DNA of 47,298 nucleotides from an uncultured Clostridium sp. (GCA_900551135.1 URUX01000001.1:1-47298), one strand, 5' to 3'; shown: positions 26,282 through 36,316, counted from the stretch's first letter. Translations and numbers: made by a program. Notes: generated by a model from the sequence alone, not told the origin.

Positions 26282-27397
26282 ATGAAAACAAAAACCAAAA
26301 TTATTACAGGAATTGTGGCAGTCGGGATTGTAGCGGCAGTGGCCGTTCCCAGACTGCTGAAGCCTGCACAGCTTACAGATCAGGTAACGATACCGGTTGT
26401 AAAGGCAGAAATGCCGGAAAATGGTACAATTATCCTGTCAAAAGAAGTCATTGGTACGGTGGAACCATCGGATATTATTTACGTAATGCCAAAAGTAACC
26501 GGGGAAATTGTAGAAATCTACGCAGATACCGGAGACGTGGTAACCCAGGGGCAGCCCCTTTGCCGGATCGATAATAAACCGATTGACAGCAGTAAAATTT
26601 CTTTAGATGCAGCAAAAGTGGCCATGGATACAGCAAATGCCAATCTGGCCAGAATGCAGGTGCTTTACAGCAGCGGCGACATATCGGCTCAGACTTTTGA
26701 GCAGGTCCAGACAAGCGCCCAGTCTGCAAAACTCCAGTATGACGGCGCAAAGCTGGCGTATGATCTTCAGGTGGAATACAGCACAGTGACGGCTCCCATT
26801 GCAGGAAAAATCGAGAGCAGTTCCATGGTGCTTCACAATATGGCGGCTCCTTCCGCACAGCTTTGCGTGATTACGGGAGAAGGCGGAAAGAAAGTGACGT
26901 TTTCTGTTGCAGACCGCCTGAGAAATGCCATTCAGCTGGGAGATGAGATTTCCATGGAGAAACAGGGAAGTTCCTATACGGGGACAGTAACAGAGATTGG
27001 TTCCATGGTAAATCCCCAGACTGGTTTGTTTACCGTAGAGGCTTCTGTAGATGACGGGGGAGCACTGGCTCCGGGCGTCAAGATTCAGTTAAGCGTGGTT
27101 TCCGATAAAGCAGAAAATGTTATGACTCTTCCTGTGGACTGTGTTTATTATGACGGCGGCGATGCTTATGTGTATACATATGACAATGGAACCGTCCACA
27201 AGGTTCCGGTGGAAGTGGGAATTTATGATTCAGAACGGGCAGAGATTATTTCCGGAATTACAGCCGAGAATCTGGTAATTACTACCTGGACTTCCGAACT
27301 GGCAGAAGGCGCTGCAGTAACGCTTCAGGATGAATCTCAGGCTGTGGAAACAGAGCCGGCAGGAGAGACAGAATCTGCGGCATCAGAAGCACAATAA
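26282..27397 (+). CDS. Efflux RND transporter periplasmic adaptor subunit (HlyD/MFP family)
   Basis: It has an N-terminal TM anchor, a lipoyl-like motif (GDVVTQGQPLCRID), a coiled-coil hairpin and beta-barrel motifs (APIAGKIES). Confidence 0.85.
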   Translation: MKTKTKIITGIVAVGIVAAVAVPRLLKPAQLTDQVTIPVVKAEMPENGTIILSKEVIGTVEPSDIIYVMPKVTGEIVEIYADTGDVVTQGQPLCRIDNKPIDSSKISLDAAKVAMDTANANLARMQVLYSSGDISAQTFEQVQTSAQSAKLQYDGAKLAYDLQVEYSTVTAPIAGKIESSSMVLHNMAAPSAQLCVITGEGGKKVTFSVADRLRNAIQLGDEISMEKQGSSYTGTVTEIGSMVNPQTGLFTVEASVDDGGALAPGVKIQLSVVSDKAENVMTLPVDCVYYDGGDAYVYTYDNGTVHKVPVEVGIYDSERAEIISGITAENLVITTWTSELAEGAAVTLQDESQAVETEPAGETESAASEAQ

Positions 27398-27410
27398 GGA
27401 GGCGGACTCA

Positions 27411-30400
27411 ATGAATTTAACGAAAACCGTATTAAAACGTCCGGTTACCACAGTCCTGTGTGTTTTGTGTTTAATGGTATTTGGTTTTATCTCCCTGTTT
27501 TCATCGAAAATGGAACTGACTCCGGAGATGAATATGCCCATGATGGTAATCAGTACGATTTACGTGGGAGCCAGTCCGGAAGATGTGGATGAACTGCTGA
27601 CCAAGCCGATTGAGGATGAGATCGACCAGTTAAGCGGCGTGGACTCCATTACATCTATGTCCAGCGAAAATTCTTCCCTGGTGCTTTTACAGTACGATTA
27701 CGGCACAGATATGGATAAGGCATATTCCGATTTGAAGAAAAAAGTAGATGTGCTGGAAAACTCTCTGCCGGAAGATGCCATGGCTCCGATTATCATGGAG
27801 TTTGACATAAACAGCACGCCTTCCATGATGATGGCGGTCAATAATTCCGGCGTCAATAATTTGTATAATTATGTAAATGATTCTGTAGTCCCGGAACTGG
27901 AGAAAATTCCCAGTGTAGCCAGCGTGGATTTATCCGGCGGACAGGAAGAGTATGTGAGGATTCAGCTGATTCCGGAGAAACTGGCCCAGTACCATCTTTC
28001 CATTAATTCTGTGGCGACTGCGGTTTCCGGTGCCAGCTTTTCCATACCGGCAGGTTCCACAGAGGTGGGAAGTCAGGAACTAAATGTTTCGGCAGGAGTA
28101 ACCTATGATACGGTAGACAGCTTAAATGAAATTCCGATTACCACTCCGGGGGGAGACATTGTGTATCTGGATGATATTGCAGTTGTAGCCAATACCGTAA
28201 AAGACGCTTCCAGTATCGGACGCTACAATGGAAGAGATACGGTATCTGTCAGCATCCAGAAACAGCAAAAGAGCAGCGTTCAGGAGGTTTCCAGAGAAGT
28301 GGCCAAGGTTATGAATAAACTGAAGGCCAATGATGAAAATCTGGAAATGGTAGTAGTATACGACGCCAGTGATCAGATTGAAGGGGCACTGAATTCGGTG
28401 TTCCAGACTATGATTATGGCAGTAGTGGTTTCCATGATCATTATTTTCCTCTTCTTTGGAGATATCAAAGCATCCCTGATTGTAGGAACCTCTATTCCGA
28501 TTTCTATTATGGCGGCCCTGGTTTTAATGTATTTAATGGGATTTTCCCTGAACGTAATTACCATGAGCGCCCTGGTACTGGGCGTGGGCATGATGGTAGA
28601 TAACTCCATTGTAGTGCTGGAAAGCTGTTTCCGTTCCACAACGGGTCATGGATTTCGGGAATACCGTCAGGCAGCCATTGAAGGAAGCGGAATCGTGCTT
28701 CAGTCTATTATCGGCTCTACGGCAACTACCTGCGTTGTATTCCTTCCGCTGGCATTTTTATCAGGTATGAGCGGCCAGTTATTTAAGCCTCTGGGCTTTA
28801 CCATTATTTTCTGTATGGTAGCTTCTCTGATTTCGGCAATGACCATTGTACCGCTGTGTTATGCGTTTTACCGTCCAAGAGAGAACAGCCATGCGCCTGC
28901 GTCTTCAGCAGTAAAAGCCATGCAGAAGGGATACCGCAGTATTATGGAGTCGGTTCTGCCTAAGAAAAAGACGGTTATGTTTGCCACAATCGGCATGCTG
29001 ATTTTGTCTTTTGTCATGGCATCCCAGCTCCGTTCTGAAATGATTCCGGCTACTGATGAGGGAACCATAGCAGTTTCTGTTGAAATGCGCCCGGGAATCA
29101 ATCTGGATAAAGCGGAAGCGATTTTAGGAAAGGTGGAACAGATTATTTGCACAGATGAAGATCTGGATTCCTATATGCTGACTTATGGGGGCGGAATGTC
29201 CATGTCAGGAGGAAGCGGCAGTTTTACCGCCTATTTAAAAGATGACAGAAAACGAGAAACCAGTGAAGTAGCAAAGGGATGGAAATCGTTATTAAATACA
29301 GTAGATGACTGCAATATTACAGTTGAAGAGAGCAGCACCATGTCCAGCCTGTCTGTAGGAGATACGTATCAGGTTATTTTGCAGAGTACCCAGTACGACG
29401 AACTGAAAGAAGTTTCCGACAGGATTGCGGAAGAATTAAAAGCCAGAGAAGAGATTGCCAGAGTACATACCAGTCTGGAAAATGCAGCTCCGGTTGTAAA
29501 GCTTCATATTGACTCCGTAAAGGCAGGGGCAGAAGGCATGACGCCGGCTATGGTGGCAGGTACTGTCAACCAGATTTTAAGCGGCGTGGATGCGACAACT
29601 CTGGAAGTAAACGGCAATGAAGTAGACGTCCGTGTGGAATATCCGGCAGATGACTACAAGACCATTGATCAGTTAGAGGGAATTATGCTGACCAGTCCTT
29701 CCGGCGGAACCGTGGCACTGACAGATGTGGCTGATATTGTGTTTGAAGACAGCCCGGCCAGCATTGCCAGAAGCAACAAGCAGTATCAGGTAACGATTTC
29801 TGCAGAATATGCCCAGTCTGATGATACCGGAAGACACGCAGCCAGAATTGACAATCAGCTTTTTGAAGAAGTGGTAAAACCCAACATGACACAGACCATT
29901 TCTGTGGCAGCCAATGATATTATTGAGATGATGAATGAAGAATTCGGAGCGTTAGGCGAGGCGATTTTACTTGCGGCCTTCCTGGTATTTGTCGTGATGG
30001 CAGTCCAGTTTGAATCTCCCAAATTTTCATTTATGGTTATGACCACGATTCCATTCAGTCTGATCGGTTCCTTCGGCCTGCTGTGGCTTACCGATGTTTC
30101 CATCAGTATGCCGTCGCTGTTAGGTTTCCTGATGCTGGTAGGTACAGTAGTAAACAACGGTATTCTGTATGTAGATACGGTCAACCAGTACCGGACCTCC
30201 ATGGATATGAAGACGGCTCTTATCGAAGCAGGCGCAACCCGTCTGCGCCCGATCCTGATGACGACTCTGACGACCATTGTGGCCGTGATTCCTATGGCTC
30301 TGGCATTTGGAGACAGCGGAGAGATGATGCAGGGCTTAGGCCTGGTAGACGTAGGCGGACTGATAGCATCTACCATTTTATCCCTATTGATGCTTCCGGT

Positions 30401-30452
30401 TTACTATAGTATTATGAACCGAAAGAGGAAAGCGGAACCCGATTATGATTAA
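27411..30452 (+). CDS. Efflux RND transporter permease (AcrB/HAE1-like)
   Basis: 1013 aa counted from ATG 27411, which follows the SD AAGGAGG. It has 12 TM segments and two large loops, with the typical KRPVTTVL N-terminus and VDNSIVV / VNNGILYVD motifs. Confidence 0.9.
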   Translation: MNLTKTVLKRPVTTVLCVLCLMVFGFISLFSSKMELTPEMNMPMMVISTIYVGASPEDVDELLTKPIEDEIDQLSGVDSITSMSSENSSLVLLQYDYGTDMDKAYSDLKKKVDVLENSLPEDAMAPIIMEFDINSTPSMMMAVNNSGVNNLYNYVNDSVVPELEKIPSVASVDLSGGQEEYVRIQLIPEKLAQYHLSINSVATAVSGASFSIPAGSTEVGSQELNVSAGVTYDTVDSLNEIPITTPGGDIVYLDDIAVVANTVKDASSIGRYNGRDTVSVSIQKQQKSSVQEVSREVAKVMNKLKANDENLEMVVVYDASDQIEGALNSVFQTMIMAVVVSMIIIFLFFGDIKASLIVGTSIPISIMAALVLMYLMGFSLNVITMSALVLGVGMMVDNSIVVLESCFRSTTGHGFREYRQAAIEGSGIVLQSIIGSTATTCVVFLPLAFLSGMSGQLFKPLGFTIIFCMVASLISAMTIVPLCYAFYRPRENSHAPASSAVKAMQKGYRSIMESVLPKKKTVMFATIGMLILSFVMASQLRSEMIPATDEGTIAVSVEMRPGINLDKAEAILGKVEQIICTDEDLDSYMLTYGGGMSMSGGSGSFTAYLKDDRKRETSEVAKGWKSLLNTVDDCNITVEESSTMSSLSVGDTYQVILQSTQYDELKEVSDRIAEELKAREEIARVHTSLENAAPVVKLHIDSVKAGAEGMTPAMVAGTVNQILSGVDATTLEVNGNEVDVRVEYPADDYKTIDQLEGIMLTSPSGGTVALTDVADIVFEDSPASIARSNKQYQVTISAEYAQSDDTGRHAARIDNQLFEEVVKPNMTQTISVAANDIIEMMNEEFGALGEAILLAAFLVFVVMAVQFESPKFSFMVMTTIPFSLIGSFGLLWLTDVSISMPSLLGFLMLVGTVVNNGILYVDTVNQYRTSMDMKTALIEAGATRLRPILMTTLTTIVAVIPMALAFGDSGEMMQGLGLVDVGGLIASTILSLLMLPVYYSIMNRKRKAEPDYD

Positions 30453-30487
30453 TGCATGTCCGGTTAAGGGCATGAAGGAGGGAACAT

Positions 30488-31651
30488 ATGAAACACTTAC
30501 ATAACCTGGCAGCGTTTGGCCTTGCGGCAGTTCTGGCAGCGTCAGCGCCTTTCGGAGCATATGCCGGAAGTCCTGAATTTGCCTATACGCCTGAAAAATG
30601 GTCTGCCCTCAGAGATAACAGGCTGGAATATGGCGAGATTGCGGATTTGGTTCATGAATACAATCCTACTGTGTTAAATAATCAGGCTTCTTATGAGCAG
30701 AACCGGACCGGCGATTTGGGCAGGAGCGATGGGGACATTGCTGCCAGCTACCGCCAGAATGCCCAGAATATTTATGACCAGATTGACATGCTGGACCCGG
30801 ACAGCCTGGGCTATGACAGTACGGTTCTGGCTCTGGAACAGCAGGCCAAGGCTCTGGAAGCCAGCGCCACCCAGGCAGAAAGCGGCAATTTTGGCATGCT
30901 GAGTCAGAACAAACAGGCAGAAGCCGCAATTGTGGCTTCAACCAAGACATTAATGATTAACTACCACCAGCTGTTATTAAACCTGGAGTTATCGAAAAAG
31001 AATCTGGCGCTGCTGCAAAGCCAGCAAAATGCCGTACAGCGCAAGGCGGACATTGGCATGGCAACCCAGATGGATGTGCTGAATGCCAAAAGTGCAGTGG
31101 AAACTATGGAAATGACCATTTTAAGCACAGAAAAGCAGATTAGAACAACAAAACAGAGTTTGTGTCTGGCGGCCGGATGGGCATATAATGCCAGCCCGGA
31201 AATCGGAGAATTGCCGTCAGTCAGTAAGGATGAGATTCTTGCCATCAATCTGGAAACCGATAAGGAAGAGGCAGTAAAAAATAATTACACCCTGTCTGCG
31301 AACCGCCATCGTTACAGCAATACCAGAGTGGAAGAAACCAGGGAAACCCTGGAAGAAACCATAAAAAATAATGAATCCCAGATTCGTTCTTCCGTAACCA
31401 GCAGTTATCAGGCTCTTTTGCAGGCTCAGGCTGACTATGAGCAGGCTCAGACGGAACTGGAACTGTCCCGGAAGCAATTTGATACTGCCGCCTTAAATCT
31501 GTCCATTGGCAATCTGAGCCAGCTGGAATATGAGCAGCAGGTTTTTGCACTGGAAGGCGCAAAAACGGCTCTGGAATTAAAAGATATGGCAGTTCTTCAG
31601 GCTTATGAAGCGTATACCAGCGGCGTGGCAGGTCTGGCATCTGCAGGTTAA
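30488..31651 (+). CDS. TolC-family outer-membrane-efflux-like protein, paralog 1
   Basis: It has a signal peptide and a two-fold repeated helical pattern typical of TolC/OEP proteins (LEYGEIADLVHEYNPTVL ... GMATQMDVLNAKSAVE ... LSQLEYEQQVFALEGAK). Confidence 0.65.
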   Translation: MKHLHNLAAFGLAAVLAASAPFGAYAGSPEFAYTPEKWSALRDNRLEYGEIADLVHEYNPTVLNNQASYEQNRTGDLGRSDGDIAASYRQNAQNIYDQIDMLDPDSLGYDSTVLALEQQAKALEASATQAESGNFGMLSQNKQAEAAIVASTKTLMINYHQLLLNLELSKKNLALLQSQQNAVQRKADIGMATQMDVLNAKSAVETMEMTILSTEKQIRTTKQSLCLAAGWAYNASPEIGELPSVSKDEILAINLETDKEEAVKNNYTLSANRHRYSNTRVEETRETLEETIKNNESQIRSSVTSSYQALLQAQADYEQAQTELELSRKQFDTAALNLSIGNLSQLEYEQQVFALEGAKTALELKDMAVLQAYEAYTSGVAGLASAG

Positions 31652-31663
31652 AGGAGGCGGCCC

Positions 31664-32863
31664 ATGAAAACCATGAACGTTTCGTTTCGCTGCGTAAAGG
31701 CAGCGCTGGCGCTGGGAGCAGGCATAGCACTTTTGGCTCCTCCAGCTTCGCCATATTTCCTGAAAGCAGAAGCAGCAGTACAGCAGCCGGCAGATATGGA
31801 TGATGAAACCTGGGGCAGGCTGCTGGATGATACTCTGGAGTACGAAGAAATTCCGGATTTAATCGAATACTTTAATCCGGTTTACCGTTCAGCAGCCGAT
31901 TCGGTGGAAGACGGTTTAAAGGATTCCTATGAATTAGCAGAGAAAATGCGGGAAGACGGAAAGGAATACCGTCAGCAGGCCAAAGGTCTGGAGGCAGAAG
32001 GAGATCAGATTTATTCGGCTCAATATAAGGCTATGGCCAGAAGTCTGTCATCTGCCGCCAGTACCATGGAAAAGGCGCTGGATAAACAGGCAAAAAGGCT
32101 GGATCAGAATACGCTGGCGCCAATCCGGTATCAGCTGAGTTCTGCGGTACAGTCTCTGTTTATTGGTTATAAGCAGATGGAGGCAAACCGGGAAATGCTG
32201 GAAAAGATGGTTCAGCTGTACAGTGCGATGCTGTCTATGTCGGATACCCAAAGCCAGATTGGAATGGCGACATCTGCGGATTTGCTGTCAGCTAAAGTCA
32301 GTCTGACTTCAGCACAAAATCAGCTGCAGACCCTGGATAACAGCATGGATTCCATGCGGAGAACCCTGATTATGCTGACCGGATGGGATTACACGGATAA
32401 TCCGGTTTTTGGGGCTGTTCCGGAGCCGGATATGAGCCAGATTGACGGCATTGACCGAGAAGCGGATAAGGTAAAAGCAATTGCTTACAATCAGTCCATT
32501 ATTTCTTTGAAGAATACAAAACAGGCAAACCGGACGGTAAAAGATATCCATTCCAAAGAGCGGAGCGTGACAGATGCAGAGGAACAGCTCCGCAGTAATA
32601 TGGATACCCTGTATTACAGCCTTCTGGAAAAACAGGCAGCCCTGAAAGCGGCTGATACGGCATTTTTGCAGGCCCAGCTTACCATGGAAAGCAATAACCG
32701 GCGTTATGAACTGGGAATGCTTGGACAGGCGGAATATCTGGGAGCCCAGATTGCCTGCTGTCAGGCAGAGGCAGCCAGAGACACTGCCAGTATGAATATG
32801 CTGCAGGCATTAAATGAGTACAACTGGGCTCTCAAGGGTGTAGTGTCTGCGGATCAAAATTAG
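31664..32863 (+). CDS. TolC-family outer-membrane-efflux-like protein, paralog 2
   Basis: It has a signal peptide and shares W..L.D..LEY.EI.DL...NP and G(M)AT..D(L/V)L.AK with paralog 1. Confidence 0.65.
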   Translation: MKTMNVSFRCVKAALALGAGIALLAPPASPYFLKAEAAVQQPADMDDETWGRLLDDTLEYEEIPDLIEYFNPVYRSAADSVEDGLKDSYELAEKMREDGKEYRQQAKGLEAEGDQIYSAQYKAMARSLSSAASTMEKALDKQAKRLDQNTLAPIRYQLSSAVQSLFIGYKQMEANREMLEKMVQLYSAMLSMSDTQSQIGMATSADLLSAKVSLTSAQNQLQTLDNSMDSMRRTLIMLTGWDYTDNPVFGAVPEPDMSQIDGIDREADKVKAIAYNQSIISLKNTKQANRTVKDIHSKERSVTDAEEQLRSNMDTLYYSLLEKQAALKAADTAFLQAQLTMESNNRRYELGMLGQAEYLGAQIACCQAEAARDTASMNMLQALNEYNWALKGVVSADQN

Positions 32864-33509
32864 AAGAAACGGATTCCCACCATTCTGTCAGCCGCAAGGA
32901 AAGCCGGATATCGGGATGAACTGCAAAAAGAGATTCATAATCTTCTTCAGCAAGCAGTCCGGCCAGTTCCTTTTTAGAAGAATCCGGTACGACGGCAGCC
33001 GTATCGCTGACAAAGCAAAGAGAGGGATAGAGGACGCACCACCAGTTGCGTCCTTTTCCTTTGCCTAAAATGACTCGGACAGAATCGTAATCACCGGCAG
33101 GAAACAGCATATCTCCATAAACCTTTGTTGGAAAATGGCTGACCCCTACCTGAACCTGGGCATCATAGGAAAAGCCCCTGCTGCGGATAAATTCGCTGGC
33201 AGCCAGTTCCAGCTGTTCTTTATGGAGGTTTACATAAGATACAATCTGCTCTTTGGAAGCAGATTCAGAGTTCTGGTTTTCTGCAAGATCATCTGCGATT
33301 TTATTGAGAAGAAAGGAGCGTACTTCTAATTTTAAGGACTGATCTTCTTTTCGGTTGCTGTCTGCAATTACATGGAAACGAAGAACTTTTTCACTGATTC
33401 TCCGGGCCAGATTCTGGTCACGGTCATTTAGGTGAACCAAGCACAGCAGAAAGGCCAGCAGAACCAGGCTGAGGCCGAGCAGAATATCGTTTTTTACGGA
33501 TTTCATCAT
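32832..33509 (-). CDS. spoIIR: Stage II sporulation protein R
   Basis: LRFHVIADSN, the GKGKGRNWWCVLYPSLCF motif and an N-terminal TM/signal segment are present. The start is taken at ATG 33509 after GGGAGA; the track ORF starts at 33584. Confidence 0.85.
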   Translation of the reverse strand: MMKSVKNDILLGLSLVLLAFLLCLVHLNDRDQNLARRISEKVLRFHVIADSNRKEDQSLKLEVRSFLLNKIADDLAENQNSESASKEQIVSYVNLHKEQLELAASEFIRSRGFSYDAQVQVGVSHFPTKVYGDMLFPAGDYDSVRVILGKGKGRNWWCVLYPSLCFVSDTAAVVPDSSKKELAGLLAEEDYESLFAVHPDIRLSLRLTEWWESVSSNFDPQTLHP

Positions 33510-33633
33510 ATATAAATCTCCCTGTCTGTTTAGATTTCTGTTGTAATTGTTGACACCTGTGGTATAATTTAAACACGTATGCAATAAAAATAATCAACAG
33601 GCTTTGAGTAAAGCTTAATAGGAGATAGATGAC

Positions 33634-34689
33634 ATGGAAAAAAAGACGGTAGCAGTTTTGTTTGGAGGCCAGTCCTCAGAACATGTAGTTTCCTGCATGT
33701 CGGCTGCAAACGTAGTAGAACAGATTGACACAGATAAATATAATCTTCTGCTGATAGGGATTACGGAGGATGGCCGCTGGCTGAAAGCGCCGTCACTGGA
33801 TTCGATTCGGGACGGAAGCTGGAAAGAAAGCAGGGCAGAAGCGGTGATTCTTCCAGATGCCACAAAAAAATGTGCATTAATTAAAGAGGGAAGTTCCTGG
33901 CAGGAGGTTGCTATAGACGGAGCGTTTCCGGTTCTTCACGGGCTGTATGGAGAAGACGGCACGGTTCAGGGCTTGTTTGAACTGGCCCGCATTCCCTATG
34001 TAGGCTGCGGCGTACTGGCTTCCGCGGTTTCCATGGATAAACTGTATACCAAGATTATTGTAGATGATCTGGGGATTCGCCAGGCGGCTTATGAGCCTGT
34101 GATGAAAGAACAGCTGACCCATATGGATGAAGTGGTAAGCCGCATAGAAGCCAGATTTTCTTATCCGGTATTTATTAAGCCCAGCAACGCAGGATCATCG
34201 AAAGGCGTTTCCAAGGCAGAAGACAGAGAGAGCCTGATCGAAGGCCTTTGGGAAGCGGCACGGCACGACAGAAAGATTCTGGTAGAAGAAACCATTGTGG
34301 GCCGGGAAATCGAGTGCGCTGTTTTTGGAGGCGGTTCGGTACCGGTGGAGGCCTCTGGTGTCGGAGAGATTTTAGCTGCTGCTGATTTCTATGATTTTGA
34401 TGCAAAGTATTATAATGCAGAGTCCAGGACGGTAGTCGATCCGGAACTGCCTGGAGACGCTGCCGAGACAGTCAGAAAAAATGCGGCGGCTATTTTCAGC
34501 GCGGTAGACGGCTATGGCCTTGCCCGCGTGGACTTCTTTGTGAAAGAGGAGGGAGAAGTAGTCTTTAATGAAATCAATACGCTGCCTGGATTTACAGCGA
34601 TCAGTATGTATCCTATGCTTTGGGAAGCAAGAGGCATTGATAAAAAAACTCTGGTGAACCGGCTGATTGAGCACGGTCTGGCACGTTAG
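33634..34689 (+). CDS. ddl: D-alanine--D-alanine ligase
   Basis: VAVLFGGQSSEHVVS, HGLYGEDGTVQGLFEL, the ATP-grasp motifs and NEINTLPGFT are present. Confidence 0.95.
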   Translation: MEKKTVAVLFGGQSSEHVVSCMSAANVVEQIDTDKYNLLLIGITEDGRWLKAPSLDSIRDGSWKESRAEAVILPDATKKCALIKEGSSWQEVAIDGAFPVLHGLYGEDGTVQGLFELARIPYVGCGVLASAVSMDKLYTKIIVDDLGIRQAAYEPVMKEQLTHMDEVVSRIEARFSYPVFIKPSNAGSSKGVSKAEDRESLIEGLWEAARHDRKILVEETIVGREIECAVFGGGSVPVEASGVGEILAAADFYDFDAKYYNAESRTVVDPELPGDAAETVRKNAAAIFSAVDGYGLARVDFFVKEEGEVVFNEINTLPGFTAISMYPMLWEARGIDKKTLVNRLIEHGLAR

Positions 34690-34735
34690 CCGCCTTCAGG
34701 AGTGAGAAGTTAAGCAATCAGGAGGGAAGAACCAG

Positions 34736-35557
34736 ATGACAGACAGAAATGCCTCCATTGGCGTTTTTGATTCCGGCGTTGGAGGCCTTACCGTGGCCAG
34801 AGAGATTATTCGCCAGATGCCGGATGAAAGAATGATCTATTTTGGAGATACGGCCAGAGTTCCTTATGGAAGCAAGTCTAAGGACAATATTATCCGGTTT
34901 TCCAAACAGATAATCCGTTTTTTGAAAAGCAAGCAGGTAAAGGCCATTGTAATTGCCTGCAATACAGCCAGTGCCTATGCGCTGGAGGAAGTAAAAAGAG
35001 AATTGGACATTCCGATTATCGGAGTGATTCGGGCCGGGGCTGTCAGCGCTGTAAAGGCAACCCAAAATGGAAAGATTGGTATTATTGGCACAGAGGGAAC
35101 CATCCGCAGCGGTATTTATGAAACCGTTATAAAAGAATTGATGCCGGATGCGCGGGTAACAGGAAAAGCCTGTCCTCTGCTGGTACCGCTGGTAGAAGAG
35201 GGACTGTTTCACGATTCTGTTACCGATGAGATTGCGTCCCGTTATCTCAGTGAATTGAAATCCAGATATGTAGATACGCTGGTTCTGGGCTGTACCCATT
35301 ATCCGCTGCTTCGTTCCACCATCAAGCGGCTTATGGGAGAAGAGGTGACTCTGGTGAATCCAGCATACGAAACAGCCATTGAACTGAGAGATTTACTGGA
35401 AGAAAAAGATTTGCTCTGTGATGAAGGAGCAGCAGAAGCTGGAGAAAAGTATCAGTTTTATGTCAGTGATTTGGCGGAGAAATTCACCAATTTTGCCTCT
35501 GCTATTCTTCCGGAGCAGGTACGGGAAACCAAAAAGATAGATATTGAAACCTATTAA
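34736..35557 (+). CDS. murI: Glutamate racemase
   Basis: IGVFDSGVGGLTV, ACNTAS and GCTHYPLL catalytic motifs are present. Confidence 0.95.
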   Translation: MTDRNASIGVFDSGVGGLTVAREIIRQMPDERMIYFGDTARVPYGSKSKDNIIRFSKQIIRFLKSKQVKAIVIACNTASAYALEEVKRELDIPIIGVIRAGAVSAVKATQNGKIGIIGTEGTIRSGIYETVIKELMPDARVTGKACPLLVPLVEEGLFHDSVTDEIASRYLSELKSRYVDTLVLGCTHYPLLRSTIKRLMGEEVTLVNPAYETAIELRDLLEEKDLLCDEGAAEAGEKYQFYVSDLAEKFTNFASAILPEQVRETKKIDIETY

Positions 35558-35559
35558 AA

Positions 35560-35710
35560 GTAACAGTTCAGCCATGCGAAGATTCAGACAGAAAAAGGCG
35601 TTGAAAGCTTGTTTTCATAAGAATTTTCCTGTCTGAATCTTCATAGGGCGGACGCCTGACGCTTCTTGTCCGCTGTAAGCGGGCAAGAAGATGTGTGGCT
35701 GAACTGTTAC
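35560..35710 (+). repeat. Palindromic intergenic repeat family, copy A (full-length, about 151 bp, nested hairpins)
   Basis: The terminal inverted repeat is GTAACAGTTCAGCC ... GGCTGAACTGTTAC. Two inner hairpins are present:
- GAAGATTCAGACAGAAAA / TTTTCCTGTCTGAATCTTC;
- CTTCTTGTCCGC / GCGGGCAAGAAG.
The element starts 3 nt after the murI stop. Confidence 0.8.
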
Positions 35711-35770
35711 TATTAAAAGACTATCCTAAATACAGTAGTTTACAGACTAATTTGGAAAGCAGGAGGCAAT

Positions 35771-36217
35771 ATGACAAAAGATGTACTCGTCACAGTCAGC
35801 GGACTTCAGACCATGGGCGGTGAGAGCGATCAGATTCAGGTCATTACCGCAGGAAATTATTATCAGAAAAATGGAAAACACTATATTGTTTATGATGAGA
35901 TGATAGAAGGATTTGATGGTCCGGTTAAAAACACAATTAAAGTAGGAGAAGATACCATGGATGTGATTAAACATGGCGTTGCCAGTGTCCACATGGTGTT
36001 TGAAAAAGATAAAAAGCGAATCGCTTCCTATACGACTCCCATGGGAGAAATGGTCATTGGTTTAAACACCACCAATATCCAGGTGGAAGAAGAGGAAGAC
36101 GCTTTAAAGGTGCAGGTCAATTATTCCCTGGATATTAATTATGAACACGTATCGGAGTGCAACATTGTAGTCAGCGTCCAGTCCAAAGGACAGGCGGCGA
36201 TACATTTAATGAGTTAA
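35771..36217 (+). CDS. DUF1934-domain protein (YwiB-like)
   Basis: 148 aa with the pattern VITAGNYYQKNGKHYIVYDE ... TIKV ... VIKHG ... MVFE, typical of DUF1934 beta-barrel proteins. Confidence 0.75.
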   Translation: MTKDVLVTVSGLQTMGGESDQIQVITAGNYYQKNGKHYIVYDEMIEGFDGPVKNTIKVGEDTMDVIKHGVASVHMVFEKDKKRIASYTTPMGEMVIGLNTTNIQVEEEEDALKVQVNYSLDINYEHVSECNIVVSVQSKGQAAIHLMS

Positions 36218-36223
36218 AATACA

Positions 36224-36270
36224 AAAGAAGCCATGATATTGCAGGACAATAAAAATGGCTTCTTTTTTTA
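36224..36270 (+). terminator. Intrinsic terminator after the DUF1934 gene (left boundary of the AT-rich operon)
   Basis: AAGAAGCCAT-20 nt-ATGGCTTCTT is followed by T5. Confidence 0.8.
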
Positions 36271-36316
36271 AATAAATAGGTTTAAATAACAGCTTAACAA
36301 ACACTTAATAAAATAA

